Both the position numbers and the translations under genes were made by a program. The notes beneath the pieces are model-generated. The model was not told where the DNA came from. It was given only the letters and a program-made list of their open reading frames with translations, and ran no database searches. A stretch of 60,997 nucleotides of DNA from an uncultured Verrucomicrobiota bacterium (GTDB lineage Bacteria > Verrucomicrobiota > Kiritimatiellia > RFP12 > UBA1067): the NCBI GenBank assembly GCA_946613265.1, contig CAMOFK010000005.1, forward strand, positions 1 to 60,997. The letters run 5' to 3'. Each line of letters opens with the position of its first letter. The first letter of the stretch is position 1. Shown here piece by piece: positions 1-8,860 of the stretch.

Positions 1-1510
1 CGTCCGCGCAGATTTCCGCCGTGGCGGCGTGTCCGCTCATGTAGCGGCTCTGCACGTCGAACTCGAGAACGGAACCGGCCGTCGCCATGTACGTCTCGGG
101 ATACGTGAAATAGCTCGTCTGGATGGCGGGGTATCCGCCGAGGACGCCGTTTTCGACCTTGAACTTTTCGCCGCTGGCGACGCCGGTCGAATTGGAGAAG
201 TCGTCATCGAACTGCGTCTCGCCCGCGAACTTCGCGATTTCGAGCTTGAAGCCGTCGATCTTGTTCGTGTAGCACGGCGCCAAGTGCCAGAAGAGCGGAA
301 CATCCGCCGCGCTCACGCGCGGAACGCTCTCGAACTGGACGCGCTTCTGCGGGCGATAGCCCGTCTGGAAATCGGCGAAGACGCCCGCCGAGCCGCCGGA
401 GGTCGTTGCGGTATCGAAGTTTTCCCAGCAAATCGCGCCGCCCCAGCCGTAGTTCGTGTTGATCCAGCGCGTTTCGTTCGCGGTTCCGGCGTTATCGACC
501 GCATAGCCGTCGACGACCATCTGGTGGACGGGCGTGTTGATCTGGACTGGCGAGCCGAAGGCGAGGTCGTTTGTGATGGCGGTCCAGAGGTTGTCGTAGC
601 CGTTGCGCTGGCGGCTCATGACGGGGCCCGCCTCGTACCACCAGTTTTCCGCCTCGGAGCAGATTTTCTGGTTAGCGCTGCCCGCGCCGGGCTTGAAGGA
701 AATCTTGGCGAACGATTGCATCCAGCCGGTAAGCAACGCCGTGTTGTATGCCGTCGCCTTGTCGGAAGCGAACGGCGTGGACGCTCCGCCGGAAGCGGCG
801 ACTTTGTCCCAATCGATCGGGACGCGCCCGTCGTGCCGGATAGTGTATGTCGTCCAGTTGCCGTCGTCGTCGAAGTACTGGTGGGCGAAGGTACGCGACT
901 TCTCGAAACGGTACGGCCAGCGCCAGAGACGCAGTTCCTGTCCGCCCGCGGTAGCGGAGCATCCGCACGGAGAGCGGCGCGGCGTCAGGTCGTTCATCGG
1001 CGCGCCCTGCCCCCAATTCGCGCCGAGCATCGGCGCGATGAACACATTGCTCGTGTCAGCGGAAGGCGCGCCCAGGAGGCGCCTTGCAGCAGGCGCGGCA
1101 GCAGTGTACGCCTGCGCAAGATTCTCCCAGCCGGCATTGTCGGCCGCCGACTCGTCCGCCATGGCGGCTGCTACGACCATGTCGTATCCGGAAAGCCCCG
1201 CGGACGACGGATCGCTCTCGGACGGCTCGACAAAATCATTCTGCGAAAACGCCAGCACCGGCTGGCATTTTGTCGAGCCCGCGATCACGATATATCCAGA
1301 CGGGGCAAGCCGTGCAAGCCACAGATTGCCGCGCGCCTCCACGCTCGCGACTGCGCGCCCTGCGAGGACGCGCTGCGCGACCGAACTCTTCGCGAGGAAA
1401 CTTTGCGCCGCCTCTTTCGCCGTCGCTTCATCGACTTGGGCGCAGCGCCCTTGGAATGCGACGAACAACAATGCCGCGAGTGCGGTTGCCCGCATCAAAA
1501 CTCTTTTCAT
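1..1510 (-). CDS. Secreted peptidase C10 (streptopain/SpeB-like) cysteine protease, N-terminal ~500 aa only (C-terminus lies beyond window start)
   Basis: Not in the ORF track because no stop lies in the window. Manual translation from ATG (plus 'cat' 1508-1510) gives MKRVLMRATALAALLFVAFQG (signal peptide). Downstream motifs are NWGQGAPMNDLTP, CGCSATAGGQ (cf. SpeB catalytic GCVATATAQ), VHQMVVDGY (cf. GHAFVIDG) and NYGWGG. GGAGG at 1521-1525 and a TGGTATAAT promoter lie upstream. Plus-strand ORFs 29..1567 and 603..1556 are antisense shadows. Confidence 0.8.
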   Translation of the reverse strand, partial: MKRVLMRATALAALLFVAFQGRCAQVDEATAKEAAQSFLAKSSVAQRVLAGRAVASVEARGNLWLARLAPSGYIVIAGSTKCQPVLAFSQNDFVEPSESDPSSAGLSGYDMVVAAAMADESAADNAGWENLAQAYTAAAPAARRLLGAPSADTSNVFIAPMLGANWGQGAPMNDLTPRRSPCGCSATAGGQELRLWRWPYRFEKSRTFAHQYFDDDGNWTTYTIRHDGRVPIDWDKVAASGGASTPFASDKATAYNTALLTGWMQSFAKISFKPGAGSANQKICSEAENWWYEAGPVMSRQRNGYDNLWTAITNDLAFGSPVQINTPVHQMVVDGYAVDNAGTANETRWINTNYGWGGAICWENFDTATTSGGSAGVFADFQTGYRPQKRVQFESVPRVSAADVPLFWHLAPCYTNKIDGFKLEIAKFAGETQFDDDFSNSTGVASGEKFKVENGVLGGYPAIQTSYFTYPETYMATAGSVLEFDVQSRYMSGHAATAEICAD

Positions 1511-1539
1511 AAGGCTCAACCCTCCTTTTTACACCTTAT

Positions 1540-1548
1540 ATTATACCA
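1540..1548 (-). promoter_or_regulatory. Extended -10 promoter (TGGTATAAT on minus strand) for the C10 protease gene
   Basis: Plus-strand attatacca is followed by an AT-rich tract (aaaattt). It lies 30 nt upstream of ATG 1510, with GGAGG in between. Confidence 0.55.
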
Positions 1549-1682
1549 AAATTTGACGCCGCTGTGAGCGCGCGCGATATTGCGCCGCGCAGCGGCGCGA
1601 AAACCGGCGTGCAAACATCCGTGGATTGCGCGCGCGGCGCGCCACCTATGGAACCGGCATGCCCCAAAAGCAAGTCCAGGTG

Positions 1683-2477
1683 CTAGCGCCGGAACCACTT
1701 GTAGCCATAGAAGCCAACGATTTCCTTCCACGCCGTGGCATTGCGGCTGAACGCATCCGCCGCAGGGATGAAATCCTTTCCGCGCAGCGGGCGATCCATC
1801 GCGACCATCGCATCGTAATCCGCCGGCGCGCAGATTATTTCGAGCGACGGGGCGTATTTCTTGAACATGAAAGCGCTGCGCCGCATATGCCATGCGCTTG
1901 TGACGAGCAATATGCGCAACTTGGCGTCCGCGCCGAACTTCTCGCGCAGCACGCGCTCCGTGAACGCCGCGTTCTCCTCGGTATTGAGAGAATCGTTTTC
2001 GACGATCAGCGCGCCTTCGGGAATGCCGAAATCGACGAGAAGCGGCCGCGTGGATTCCCTCTCCATTATGCCGGAGGCGATCACGAACGGCGCCTTCCCG
2101 GCGTGATAAAGCCGGGCGGCATGCCAAACACGATCTGCTCCCGGCCCCATGTCAGGATAGAGTCTTGCCGTGGAATTGGTATTTGCGCACATGCCGCCGC
2201 CCAGCACGACGATCGCATCCGCCTCGGGGACGTCGGCGGCGGCAGTGACGGGGAACTCCTTCTCCAGCGGCATTCCGAGAATATACGTCGCCAGCGGGAG
2301 CGAGAAGAACAGCAACACGGCGAATGCGAGCGCACCGGCGACGCCGGCGCAGCGCCGCATGCATACGCTCTGGCGCTTCTCCCCTTTCCAAAGGAGCAAA
2401 AGCGAAAGCGCGAGGAGAATGAGCGTCGCGCTCGCGGGATTCAAGACGGCGAAAACGGCTTTGTTGAGGTAGTACAT
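1683..2477 (-). CDS. DUF218 / YdcF-ElyC-SanA family membrane-anchored protein
   Basis: 264-aa ORF with an N-terminal TM segment (ATLILLALSLLLLW). It carries VVLGGGM, ADRVWHAARLYHAGKAPFVIASG, SLNTEENA and LLVTSAWHMRRS, which is the typical DUF218 pattern. Confidence 0.75.
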   Translation of the reverse strand: MYYLNKAVFAVLNPASATLILLALSLLLLWKGEKRQSVCMRRCAGVAGALAFAVLLFFSLPLATYILGMPLEKEFPVTAAADVPEADAIVVLGGGMCANTNSTARLYPDMGPGADRVWHAARLYHAGKAPFVIASGIMERESTRPLLVDFGIPEGALIVENDSLNTEENAAFTERVLREKFGADAKLRILLVTSAWHMRRSAFMFKKYAPSLEIICAPADYDAMVAMDRPLRGKDFIPAADAFSRNATAWKEIVGFYGYKWFRR

Positions 2478-2535
2478 GGCGGCGGGTTTGTTTTCGGGGT
2501 TGGAAATCTGCGGACTTGGGCCTTGCTGGAGTTCT

Positions 2536-3639
2536 TCACCGGACCTTCAGAAGCACGACGAGAAGAATCGGCATTATCGCCAGCTGCAGCAGGATAAAGC
2601 GCATCAAGACCTGCGCGTTCGACCAATGCAGATTTTTCTTGCAGTGGTCGTGAAGCGGAAAGCGCACGCGGCGGATCGCGGCATTCTCGCCTATCTCGAA
2701 GCCAAGGCGCTTTGCCATGCGCAGCAGCACGAGCTTGCCCAGCCCGCCGCCGCCATTGACAATGACGACCGGCGAGAGCGCCAGCACGATAAACGGATTG
2801 CCGGTCATCAGCGAAGCCGCCGCCACAAGCATGCCGAGGAAGCGGCTTCCTGCATCGCCCATGAGTATTTTCGACGGCTCCGCATTCCACCACAGATATG
2901 CGCCGAACGCGCCGCAGACGATCATCACGACAATCGCCCATCTCGCCGCCTCCGCATATACGGGAATGATGAAATAGTGCGCGACCGGGCGGTAGCCTAC
3001 GACAATATACAGAATGACGGCGAGCATGGCGAGTGCAATCACCGTAAGCGAGCCTGCGAGGCCATCGACGCCATCCGAGCAGTTCGTCACGTTCATGGTA
3101 AACCACAGGATGAATGTCGCCACGGGGATGTACACCCACCCGCTGACGGTGAACGCGCCGTTTATCGGGCCAGTCAGGAACGGGAGCCATACGAGCATCC
3201 CGCCCTCTTCATGGTGCCCGAAGTATATGAAGAGCGCCGCGGCAAAAGAGACGGCGAGATCGAGCAGCCCCTTCTTCGACTCTCCCCACGGGACGAGCGC
3301 CTTGTCGTCTAGATACCCGAAAATCATCGCGGCGTAGAGCGCCAGCACGGTCATGAAATCCCAGAAGGCGAGCGGCGCGAAAACCATTATCACCGGCAGC
3401 GCGACGAGCGTTATATAATACCCTGCGCCGGTCGGCTTGCCGGCCGATTTCATGCCGCCGGTTTCCGCGCAAATCGCCTTGCCGCGGTCGCGCGGCAGTC
3501 TGTTCCAAAGGCGCGGCAGCATGATAGCGCAAGCCAGCGCCGCGCAGAATGTCCCGCCGGCCAAAAGGATGGCGTGGGAAGAAAGAAGACGAAACGGCCC
3601 CCAATAGGGCGTGAGGAACTTGGAGAGAAAGTACAGCAT
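2536..3639 (-). CDS. mraY: MraY-family polyprenyl-phosphate sugar-phosphate transferase (phospho-N-acetylmuramoyl-pentapeptide transferase-like, divergent)
   Basis: 367-aa polytopic membrane ORF. NVTNCSDGVDGLAG matches MraY NAVNLTDGLDGLA, MGDAGSRFLG matches MGDVGSLALG, and FPLHDHCK matches PIHHHYE. The C-terminal LKVR is identical to the E. coli MraY end. Confidence 0.65.
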   Translation of the reverse strand: MLYFLSKFLTPYWGPFRLLSSHAILLAGGTFCAALACAIMLPRLWNRLPRDRGKAICAETGGMKSAGKPTGAGYYITLVALPVIMVFAPLAFWDFMTVLALYAAMIFGYLDDKALVPWGESKKGLLDLAVSFAAALFIYFGHHEEGGMLVWLPFLTGPINGAFTVSGWVYIPVATFILWFTMNVTNCSDGVDGLAGSLTVIALAMLAVILYIVVGYRPVAHYFIIPVYAEAARWAIVVMIVCGAFGAYLWWNAEPSKILMGDAGSRFLGMLVAAASLMTGNPFIVLALSPVVIVNGGGGLGKLVLLRMAKRLGFEIGENAAIRRVRFPLHDHCKKNLHWSNAQVLMRFILLQLAIMPILLVVLLKVR

Positions 3640-3756
3640 CGCGTGATGATTGTATATTGTGGTTGAATAGGAACAGGGAAAAGACCGTGAATTGCGTTTC
3701 TCGCCGCCGGCCGGGATTCGATACGGATGGATATGGCCTCGCGTCTAACGCACGCA

Positions 3757-4470
3757 TCAGCCGCCCTTGCGGCCCTCCGCGCGCAACATGTACCCGAGAA
3801 AACGCTCGGAACAAATCGCGCCGCCGCATTCGCCCAGCTTTGCCTTGAGGCGGGAAATCTGCGAACGCAGCGTCACGGGATCGGCTGCGTAGCCGTCGCC
3901 ATGCATCCCGGCGACAAGCTCGGCGGCCGTGAAATATCTCCCGCGGCCCGACGAAAGCACGCGCAGAATATCGAGTTCGCTGCCGGTCAAGCGGACGACG
4001 CCGCCATCCGGGGAAAGCGCCGCGCGCGCCGCGAAATCGATATGGACTTCGCCTATGTCGAGGCCTGCGGCCTGCGCGGGGGCGGCGCCGCTCTTCGCGG
4101 AAAGCGCGGCGCGCCGCTCGAGCGCCCTGCGGATGCGCGCCATGAAGACTTCGCGGGGAGCGCTTTTCAATATGTAGTCGTCGGCGCCCGCGGCAAGGCC
4201 TTTGATTTCCTGCACGGCGCCGTCCACGCCGGTAAGAAACAGAATAGGCGTATCGTCGCCGGAATGCCGCAACTGCTCGCAGACGGCGAAGCCGTTCAAC
4301 TTCGGCATCATGACATCGAGCAAAAGGAGATCGGGGCGCGCTTCGCGAAACATCGCGAGCGCCTCCTCGCCATTGCGCGCAAGACGCACGCTATAGCCCT
4401 CCTCGGTGAGAATGCGCTTCAGGCTCTCGCGGAGCGCGCGCTCGTCATCTGCAAGCAGGATATCGACCAT
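3757..4470 (-). CDS. OmpR/PhoB-type response regulator (receiver + winged-helix DNA-binding domain)
   Basis: MVDILLADDE...DLLLLDVMMPKLNG...ADDYILKS forms the receiver domain. RLTGSELDILRVL...LRSQISRLKAKL...GYMLRA forms the output domain. I placed the start at the internal ATG 4470, because the longer ORF to 4605 would overlap the upstream gene end (4517). No histidine kinase is adjacent. Confidence 0.8.
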   Translation of the reverse strand: MVDILLADDERALRESLKRILTEEGYSVRLARNGEEALAMFREARPDLLLLDVMMPKLNGFAVCEQLRHSGDDTPILFLTGVDGAVQEIKGLAAGADDYILKSAPREVFMARIRRALERRAALSAKSGAAPAQAAGLDIGEVHIDFAARAALSPDGGVVRLTGSELDILRVLSSGRGRYFTAAELVAGMHGDGYAADPVTLRSQISRLKAKLGECGGAICSERFLGYMLRAEGRKGG

Positions 4471-4516
4471 TTCGGAACAGCTTCGTATTTTCCGCCGCGG
4501 GACATTCCGGAGCGGA

Positions 4517-7500
4517 TCAAAGTTTCTTCCAGACGCGGAGGAGTTCGGATACGCTCCACGCCTGCGCGGTGCAGCCCTTCTGCGCATGGGGCGCGTCGCC
4601 ATCAACGATTTCGCTGATGTGGCAGAGGCAGCCCTCGTTCATGTTCTCGACGGCGGACGCCAGCATCTGGCGCGCCGCTTCCGGCGAGAGCAGGCCGAGG
4701 CGCGCGGCCGCCTCCGCCCAAAGCGGGAATGGCCACGCCCACGCCGTGCCATTGTGGTATGCGGGCTTGCGCTGCGAATCCTCGTCGCCCTCGTAGCGCC
4801 CCTTGTAAAGCGGATTGGACGCCTCGAGAGTGCGAATGCCGCCGGGAACGAGAAGCTGCTCCGTCGCCTGAAGGATGGATGCGTCTTCTACGATGCCCAG
4901 CGTTAGCAGGAAGAGTTGATTCGGGCGCACGGTGTTTTCCGGCACGGCGTCCTGCGCGCTCTGCCCCGGCGCGGCCGCGAGGCAATCCCAATAGCCGAGA
5001 CCGTCGGAGCGCTTGAACAGCGAGCGGATGCTTTCCACGGCGCGCGCGGCGAGGCGCCTGGCGCCTGCGTAGCGCAGCGCCGCCACCCAAAGCGCCTGGA
5101 TTTCCACGGGGTAGCCCTGCCGCGGCGTGCACGCCGGGTAGTTGGTGTCCATCCACGTGAAATGCGAAGGCGAGAAGACAAGCGCCGTCTTCGGATCCAT
5201 CTTGATGCCGTTTGGCGTGCCGTCGATGTAGTGGTCGATTATGGCGCGCACGGTGTCCTTCAGCATGCCGAAGTCTTCGCCGCCGCCGGTGGCGGCCTCC
5301 AGCTCCTCGACGCAGCGGATGAACCAGAGCTGCGCGTCGGTGGTGTCGCGATTGCCGGCCGTCTTGCCGTAGATGATGTTCGGGAGCGTGCCGTTTTCCT
5401 GGAAAGCGGCGAAAGCTTCGAGGATTTCGCGGCTTTCGCGGTGCATGCCGGCGGCGATCATGCCGCGCATGAAGATGAAAGTGTCGCGCCCCCAATCGAG
5501 GAACCATGGATAGCCGGCGATCACCGTCTTCAAATTGTCGCGCCGGACGATGAAAAGTTTCATCGCCTGCGCTGCAGCTTCGGCGAGCGGCAGCACCGGC
5601 GCTTCGCAGCGCCCTTCCGGCCAGCGCAACGCCTGCGGTGCGGCGCCGGGCGCCAGATATTCGCCGGCGATGACGATTTCATCGTCCGTCCGCATATCCG
5701 CTGAGATCCAGCCGGGACTGAAAAGATCGCCCATGCCATCCTGTCCGCGCGCGGCTTCCTCGGCATGCGAGACGCAATATTCCCACTGCGGCTCGTGGTG
5801 GTACGCGCAGCCTTGCACGTCGAGCGCGAACGCCCCCTCGTACGGATGGAAGACGAAGCCGCGCGCATTCGGCTCCACCGAACGCGGGAAGAGGTCTTCA
5901 AGGCCGGTGTATGCTTTCGTGGTCGCGTGGAAGCTGCGCCATTCTATTTGCGGGCGGAAGACGAGCCGCACCTGGTCGCCGACATCGTCGGTGCCCCCGG
6001 CGACGCGGACGACGCGAAGGCGCGCGGCGTTCGCGCCCTCCGCGAGCGTCGTCTCGAAGAAGAACGAAGCAGATTTGCCCATTCCGCAGGGAACTTTGAA
6101 ATCCCAGCGCGCAAAGCGCCCGGCGGGATCGGCGGTGAATCTCAGCGTGCAGCGCTTGTCCAGCTCTCGCGTATAGCCTTCGCGCTGTATCCAGCAGCGC
6201 GTGCGCGTCCAGAGATTCAGGCGGTCGGACGGGCACGAAGGATCAGGATTCGCCGCGAGCATCGCGTCGTACTGGCTGGCGATCTCGCCCCAGCCGACGC
6301 GCAGCTGCGCCGCCGCTCCCGCGCCGTTGGAAAGCACCGTGCGCATAAGTCCGTTGCGCCGCACGATATCGAAATCGAGCGACAGGAGCGCCTTCGCTTC
6401 GCCGGACGGCGGAGGAACGAGGAAATCGCTTTTGAGCCGCGTAGCCTTGCCGGGCGTGAACACCACGAGAGAGAGGACGAGCGCGCGGCAGCGCGTGCCG
6501 TCGCCTTTGTAGTGCGGAGCGTCGAACATGACGCTATGCGGGCGGGAGTCGTCGTCGGAGCGATATGCGCGGATCGTCTTGCCGGTCTGCGGGTCGATCA
6601 GATGCACGCGGAAATGGTACGGCGCGGAGATTTGCACCCAGTGGTTTTCCGGGACGACGAAACGCCGCGCGGCGTCGCGCGGGAACTCCCAGTGGAACAC
6701 GGCCGAGAGGCTGGCGAGCGCTGCGGCGCCCGCGCCGGCCACGGAAGAAAAATTGTACGCCTGGAGATTGCACGGCACCTGCCCGGCGTCGCGGCGCTCC
6801 GCGCGCGTCACGAGGCACAAGACTTCGCCGGGCTTCAGCGGCACGCCGCCGTCGCCAAGCGCCACGCGCCTCTCCGAGACGAGATCGAACGCATCCGCGA
6901 ACGGGAACTTGGCGCGCTCCCACTCTATCTTCGCGTCCTTGCGGCAATCGAGATTGGCAAGCACGAGCGCGCGCTCGGAAGTCCCTTCCTGCGTGCGCAC
7001 CACGGCGAGCGTGTTGCCGTCGCCGCGCGTCACGACTTCGAGGTGCGAAGCGCCGGCGAAGAGCGGCTGCGTATCGAGTATGAAATTCAGGCGGGAGATC
7101 AGCTCGACCATGTTGTTCTTCGCGCCCCACGCGAGATCGTTCTTGCCGTGGACGTCGATTTTCTCCTTGCAATACCATTCCACGCCATTGGCGATTCCCC
7201 ACGTCCCCTGCCAGCTGAGCAGCGCCGCCAGCTGCACGCGCAGCCGCGCATAGACTTCGCCGGACTTAGCGAGGCGGTCGTTGTCGTGCGTCTCGGCGAA
7301 GTGCACGAGCGTGCCGTACTTCTCGCTGCGCGCGATGGCCTGCGGGAGGTACCACTCGAAAGCCGCGCGGTCGTACGTCTGGAAAATCTCGGAATACGCC
7401 CAATCGAGATTGGACTGTGCAAGCAGCTTGTCGGTCGTTTCGAGGGGGCCGCCAAGCCCTTCCAGCATGAAGACGGTGAAAGGGAATTCGTCGCGCACGC

Positions 7501-8431
7501 GCGCGACGATATATTCCCAGGTCTCGGCTGGGATCATGTAGCCGGCGTCGCAGCGGAAGCCGTCCACGCCGTGCGAACACCAGAAGAGGAACACATCGGC
7601 CATGTAGGCGCGAAGCCCGGGATTGGAGTAGTCCAGCTCGACGAGATCGGCCCACTTCACGCCCCATGCGCCGGGAGAGACGAAGCGTCCGTCGCCCTCG
7701 CGGCGGAACCAGTCAGGATGGTGCGTCTGCAAAGTCGAAGCCCAGCCGGTGTGGTTGGCGGGGAGATCGATGAAGAAGAGCCCGCGCTTGGCGTGCACGG
7801 CATCGATCAGCTCGAGGAACTGGTCGAGGGGCGTGGTGTATTCGTCGAACTCTGCCATCGCAGGATCGACAGAAAGGAAATCGAGCGCGGCGAACGGGCA
7901 GCCGTATTCACCCATCACGGCGTACGTCGTGGGCACGGGGAACGGCGGGAGAGTCTGGATTATCCTGAAGCCCATGCGGTCCATGATCACCGGGAGGCGC
8001 CGGACGATCTCGCGGAACGAGCCGAACTGCCGCGGGAATACGGTGTAGATGGAGTTGTTCTTGCGGATGTAGAGGCTCTCGACCTTGACGTGCGCATTTG
8101 GGCCGTCGGGCCACTCGGGGACGTTCGAGCCTTCGGGGAAGAAGCAAGCCTTCCCGGAGAAAATCCCTGTTTCGTTGAGCGGTATGGAGGCCTCGAAAAC
8201 GCCGGGCGCGACTTGCTCGAGGGGTATGTCCGTCCAAGCTTTCGCCAGCGGCGTCTCTCCGCGCTCCGTCTCGGCGATGATTTCGCGGCGCCGTACTTTT
8301 GCATGCGCGATGTTGGTGCGGAATGCGGCGCGCCCTTTGCGCGGCGTATCGAGACGCAATGTGACTTTCAGCACATCGTTGCGCCATTTCAAGAGGAAAT
8401 CTCCCGTCCGTGGTGTCGAGTTCATTTGCAT
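4517..8431 (-). CDS. Glycogen debranching-type fusion: GH13 alpha-amylase-family catalytic domain + C-terminal amylo-alpha-1,6-glucosidase (GDE_C / GH133)
   Basis: 1304-aa ORF. GH13 conserved regions are FIDLPANHTG, GFRCDAGYM, FMLEGLG and FAETHDN. The C-terminal half has GYPWFLDWGRDTFIFMRGM and YHNGTAWAWP, as in (alpha/alpha)6 GDE domains. Confidence 0.8.
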   Translation of the reverse strand: MQMNSTPRTGDFLLKWRNDVLKVTLRLDTPRKGRAAFRTNIAHAKVRRREIIAETERGETPLAKAWTDIPLEQVAPGVFEASIPLNETGIFSGKACFFPEGSNVPEWPDGPNAHVKVESLYIRKNNSIYTVFPRQFGSFREIVRRLPVIMDRMGFRIIQTLPPFPVPTTYAVMGEYGCPFAALDFLSVDPAMAEFDEYTTPLDQFLELIDAVHAKRGLFFIDLPANHTGWASTLQTHHPDWFRREGDGRFVSPGAWGVKWADLVELDYSNPGLRAYMADVFLFWCSHGVDGFRCDAGYMIPAETWEYIVARVRDEFPFTVFMLEGLGGPLETTDKLLAQSNLDWAYSEIFQTYDRAAFEWYLPQAIARSEKYGTLVHFAETHDNDRLAKSGEVYARLRVQLAALLSWQGTWGIANGVEWYCKEKIDVHGKNDLAWGAKNNMVELISRLNFILDTQPLFAGASHLEVVTRGDGNTLAVVRTQEGTSERALVLANLDCRKDAKIEWERAKFPFADAFDLVSERRVALGDGGVPLKPGEVLCLVTRAERRDAGQVPCNLQAYNFSSVAGAGAAALASLSAVFHWEFPRDAARRFVVPENHWVQISAPYHFRVHLIDPQTGKTIRAYRSDDDSRPHSVMFDAPHYKGDGTRCRALVLSLVVFTPGKATRLKSDFLVPPPSGEAKALLSLDFDIVRRNGLMRTVLSNGAGAAAQLRVGWGEIASQYDAMLAANPDPSCPSDRLNLWTRTRCWIQREGYTRELDKRCTLRFTADPAGRFARWDFKVPCGMGKSASFFFETTLAEGANAARLRVVRVAGGTDDVGDQVRLVFRPQIEWRSFHATTKAYTGLEDLFPRSVEPNARGFVFHPYEGAFALDVQGCAYHHEPQWEYCVSHAEEAARGQDGMGDLFSPGWISADMRTDDEIVIAGEYLAPGAAPQALRWPEGRCEAPVLPLAEAAAQAMKLFIVRRDNLKTVIAGYPWFLDWGRDTFIFMRGMIAAGMHRESREILEAFAAFQENGTLPNIIYGKTAGNRDTTDAQLWFIRCVEELEAATGGGEDFGMLKDTVRAIIDHYIDGTPNGIKMDPKTALVFSPSHFTWMDTNYPACTPRQGYPVEIQALWVAALRYAGARRLAARAVESIRSLFKRSDGLGYWDCLAAAPGQSAQDAVPENTVRPNQLFLLTLGIVEDASILQATEQLLVPGGIRTLEASNPLYKGRYEGDEDSQRKPAYHNGTAWAWPFPLWAEAAARLGLLSPEAARQMLASAVENMNEGCLCHISEIVDGDAPHAQKGCTAQAWSVSELLRVWKKL

Positions 8432-8507
8432 CTCGCAAGCCTTTGTTCAACCGCAAAAAACGTTTCCCTTAATCCATTCGCCGCCATGGCGGGCGCGATT
8501 GCCGCGC

Positions 8508-8798
8508 TCAGCGCGCCGCCGGCGTGCGCCGTGCGTAGCGGAAATAAAGCGCAAGGTCCGTGGACACCAGCGCCATGTCGGCAAGATAGACGAAGCAAAG
8601 CCAGAGGCGCGTGCCATCCACGAGATGCGAGGCGATCCCGCATGCGTAGCCGGCGAGGACGATAATCATGAACGCGGGGGATTTTCCGTCCACCCTCTTC
8701 GTCCTCCATGTCTTGAGAATCGCGAACGGCCAGGAAAAGCCGAATGCGAACAACATTGCAAACTCGAGAAGCGATGCAATCATTTCCGTTCTTTCCAA
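8508..8798 (-). CDS. Small 3-TM membrane protein, PQ-loop/SemiSWEET-like
   Basis: 96 aa with three hydrophobic helices. FSWPFAILKTWRTKRVDGKS resembles the SemiSWEET motif SFxPQxxKxxKTKSxxxxS. The family assignment is tentative. Confidence 0.45.
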   Translation of the reverse strand: MERTEMIASLLEFAMLFAFGFSWPFAILKTWRTKRVDGKSPAFMIIVLAGYACGIASHLVDGTRLWLCFVYLADMALVSTDLALYFRYARRTPAAR

Positions 8799-8860
8799 TC
8801 AGTTGCTGTAAATCATGCCGGCAGATATGCGGTGCGGCGGCGCATGCGCGAAGGCGCTTT

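Noticed and set aside
5765-8665. Very long plus-strand ORFs (e.g. 5765..8665 at 966 aa, 18360..20693 at 777 aa, 33863..35617 at 584 aa, 27207..28940, 28598..30325)
   Set aside because: They lie antisense to minus-strand genes that have clear family motifs. Their translations are Arg/Ala/Gly/His-rich with no motifs. This is the expected stop-codon-poor shadow of GC-rich coding DNA.
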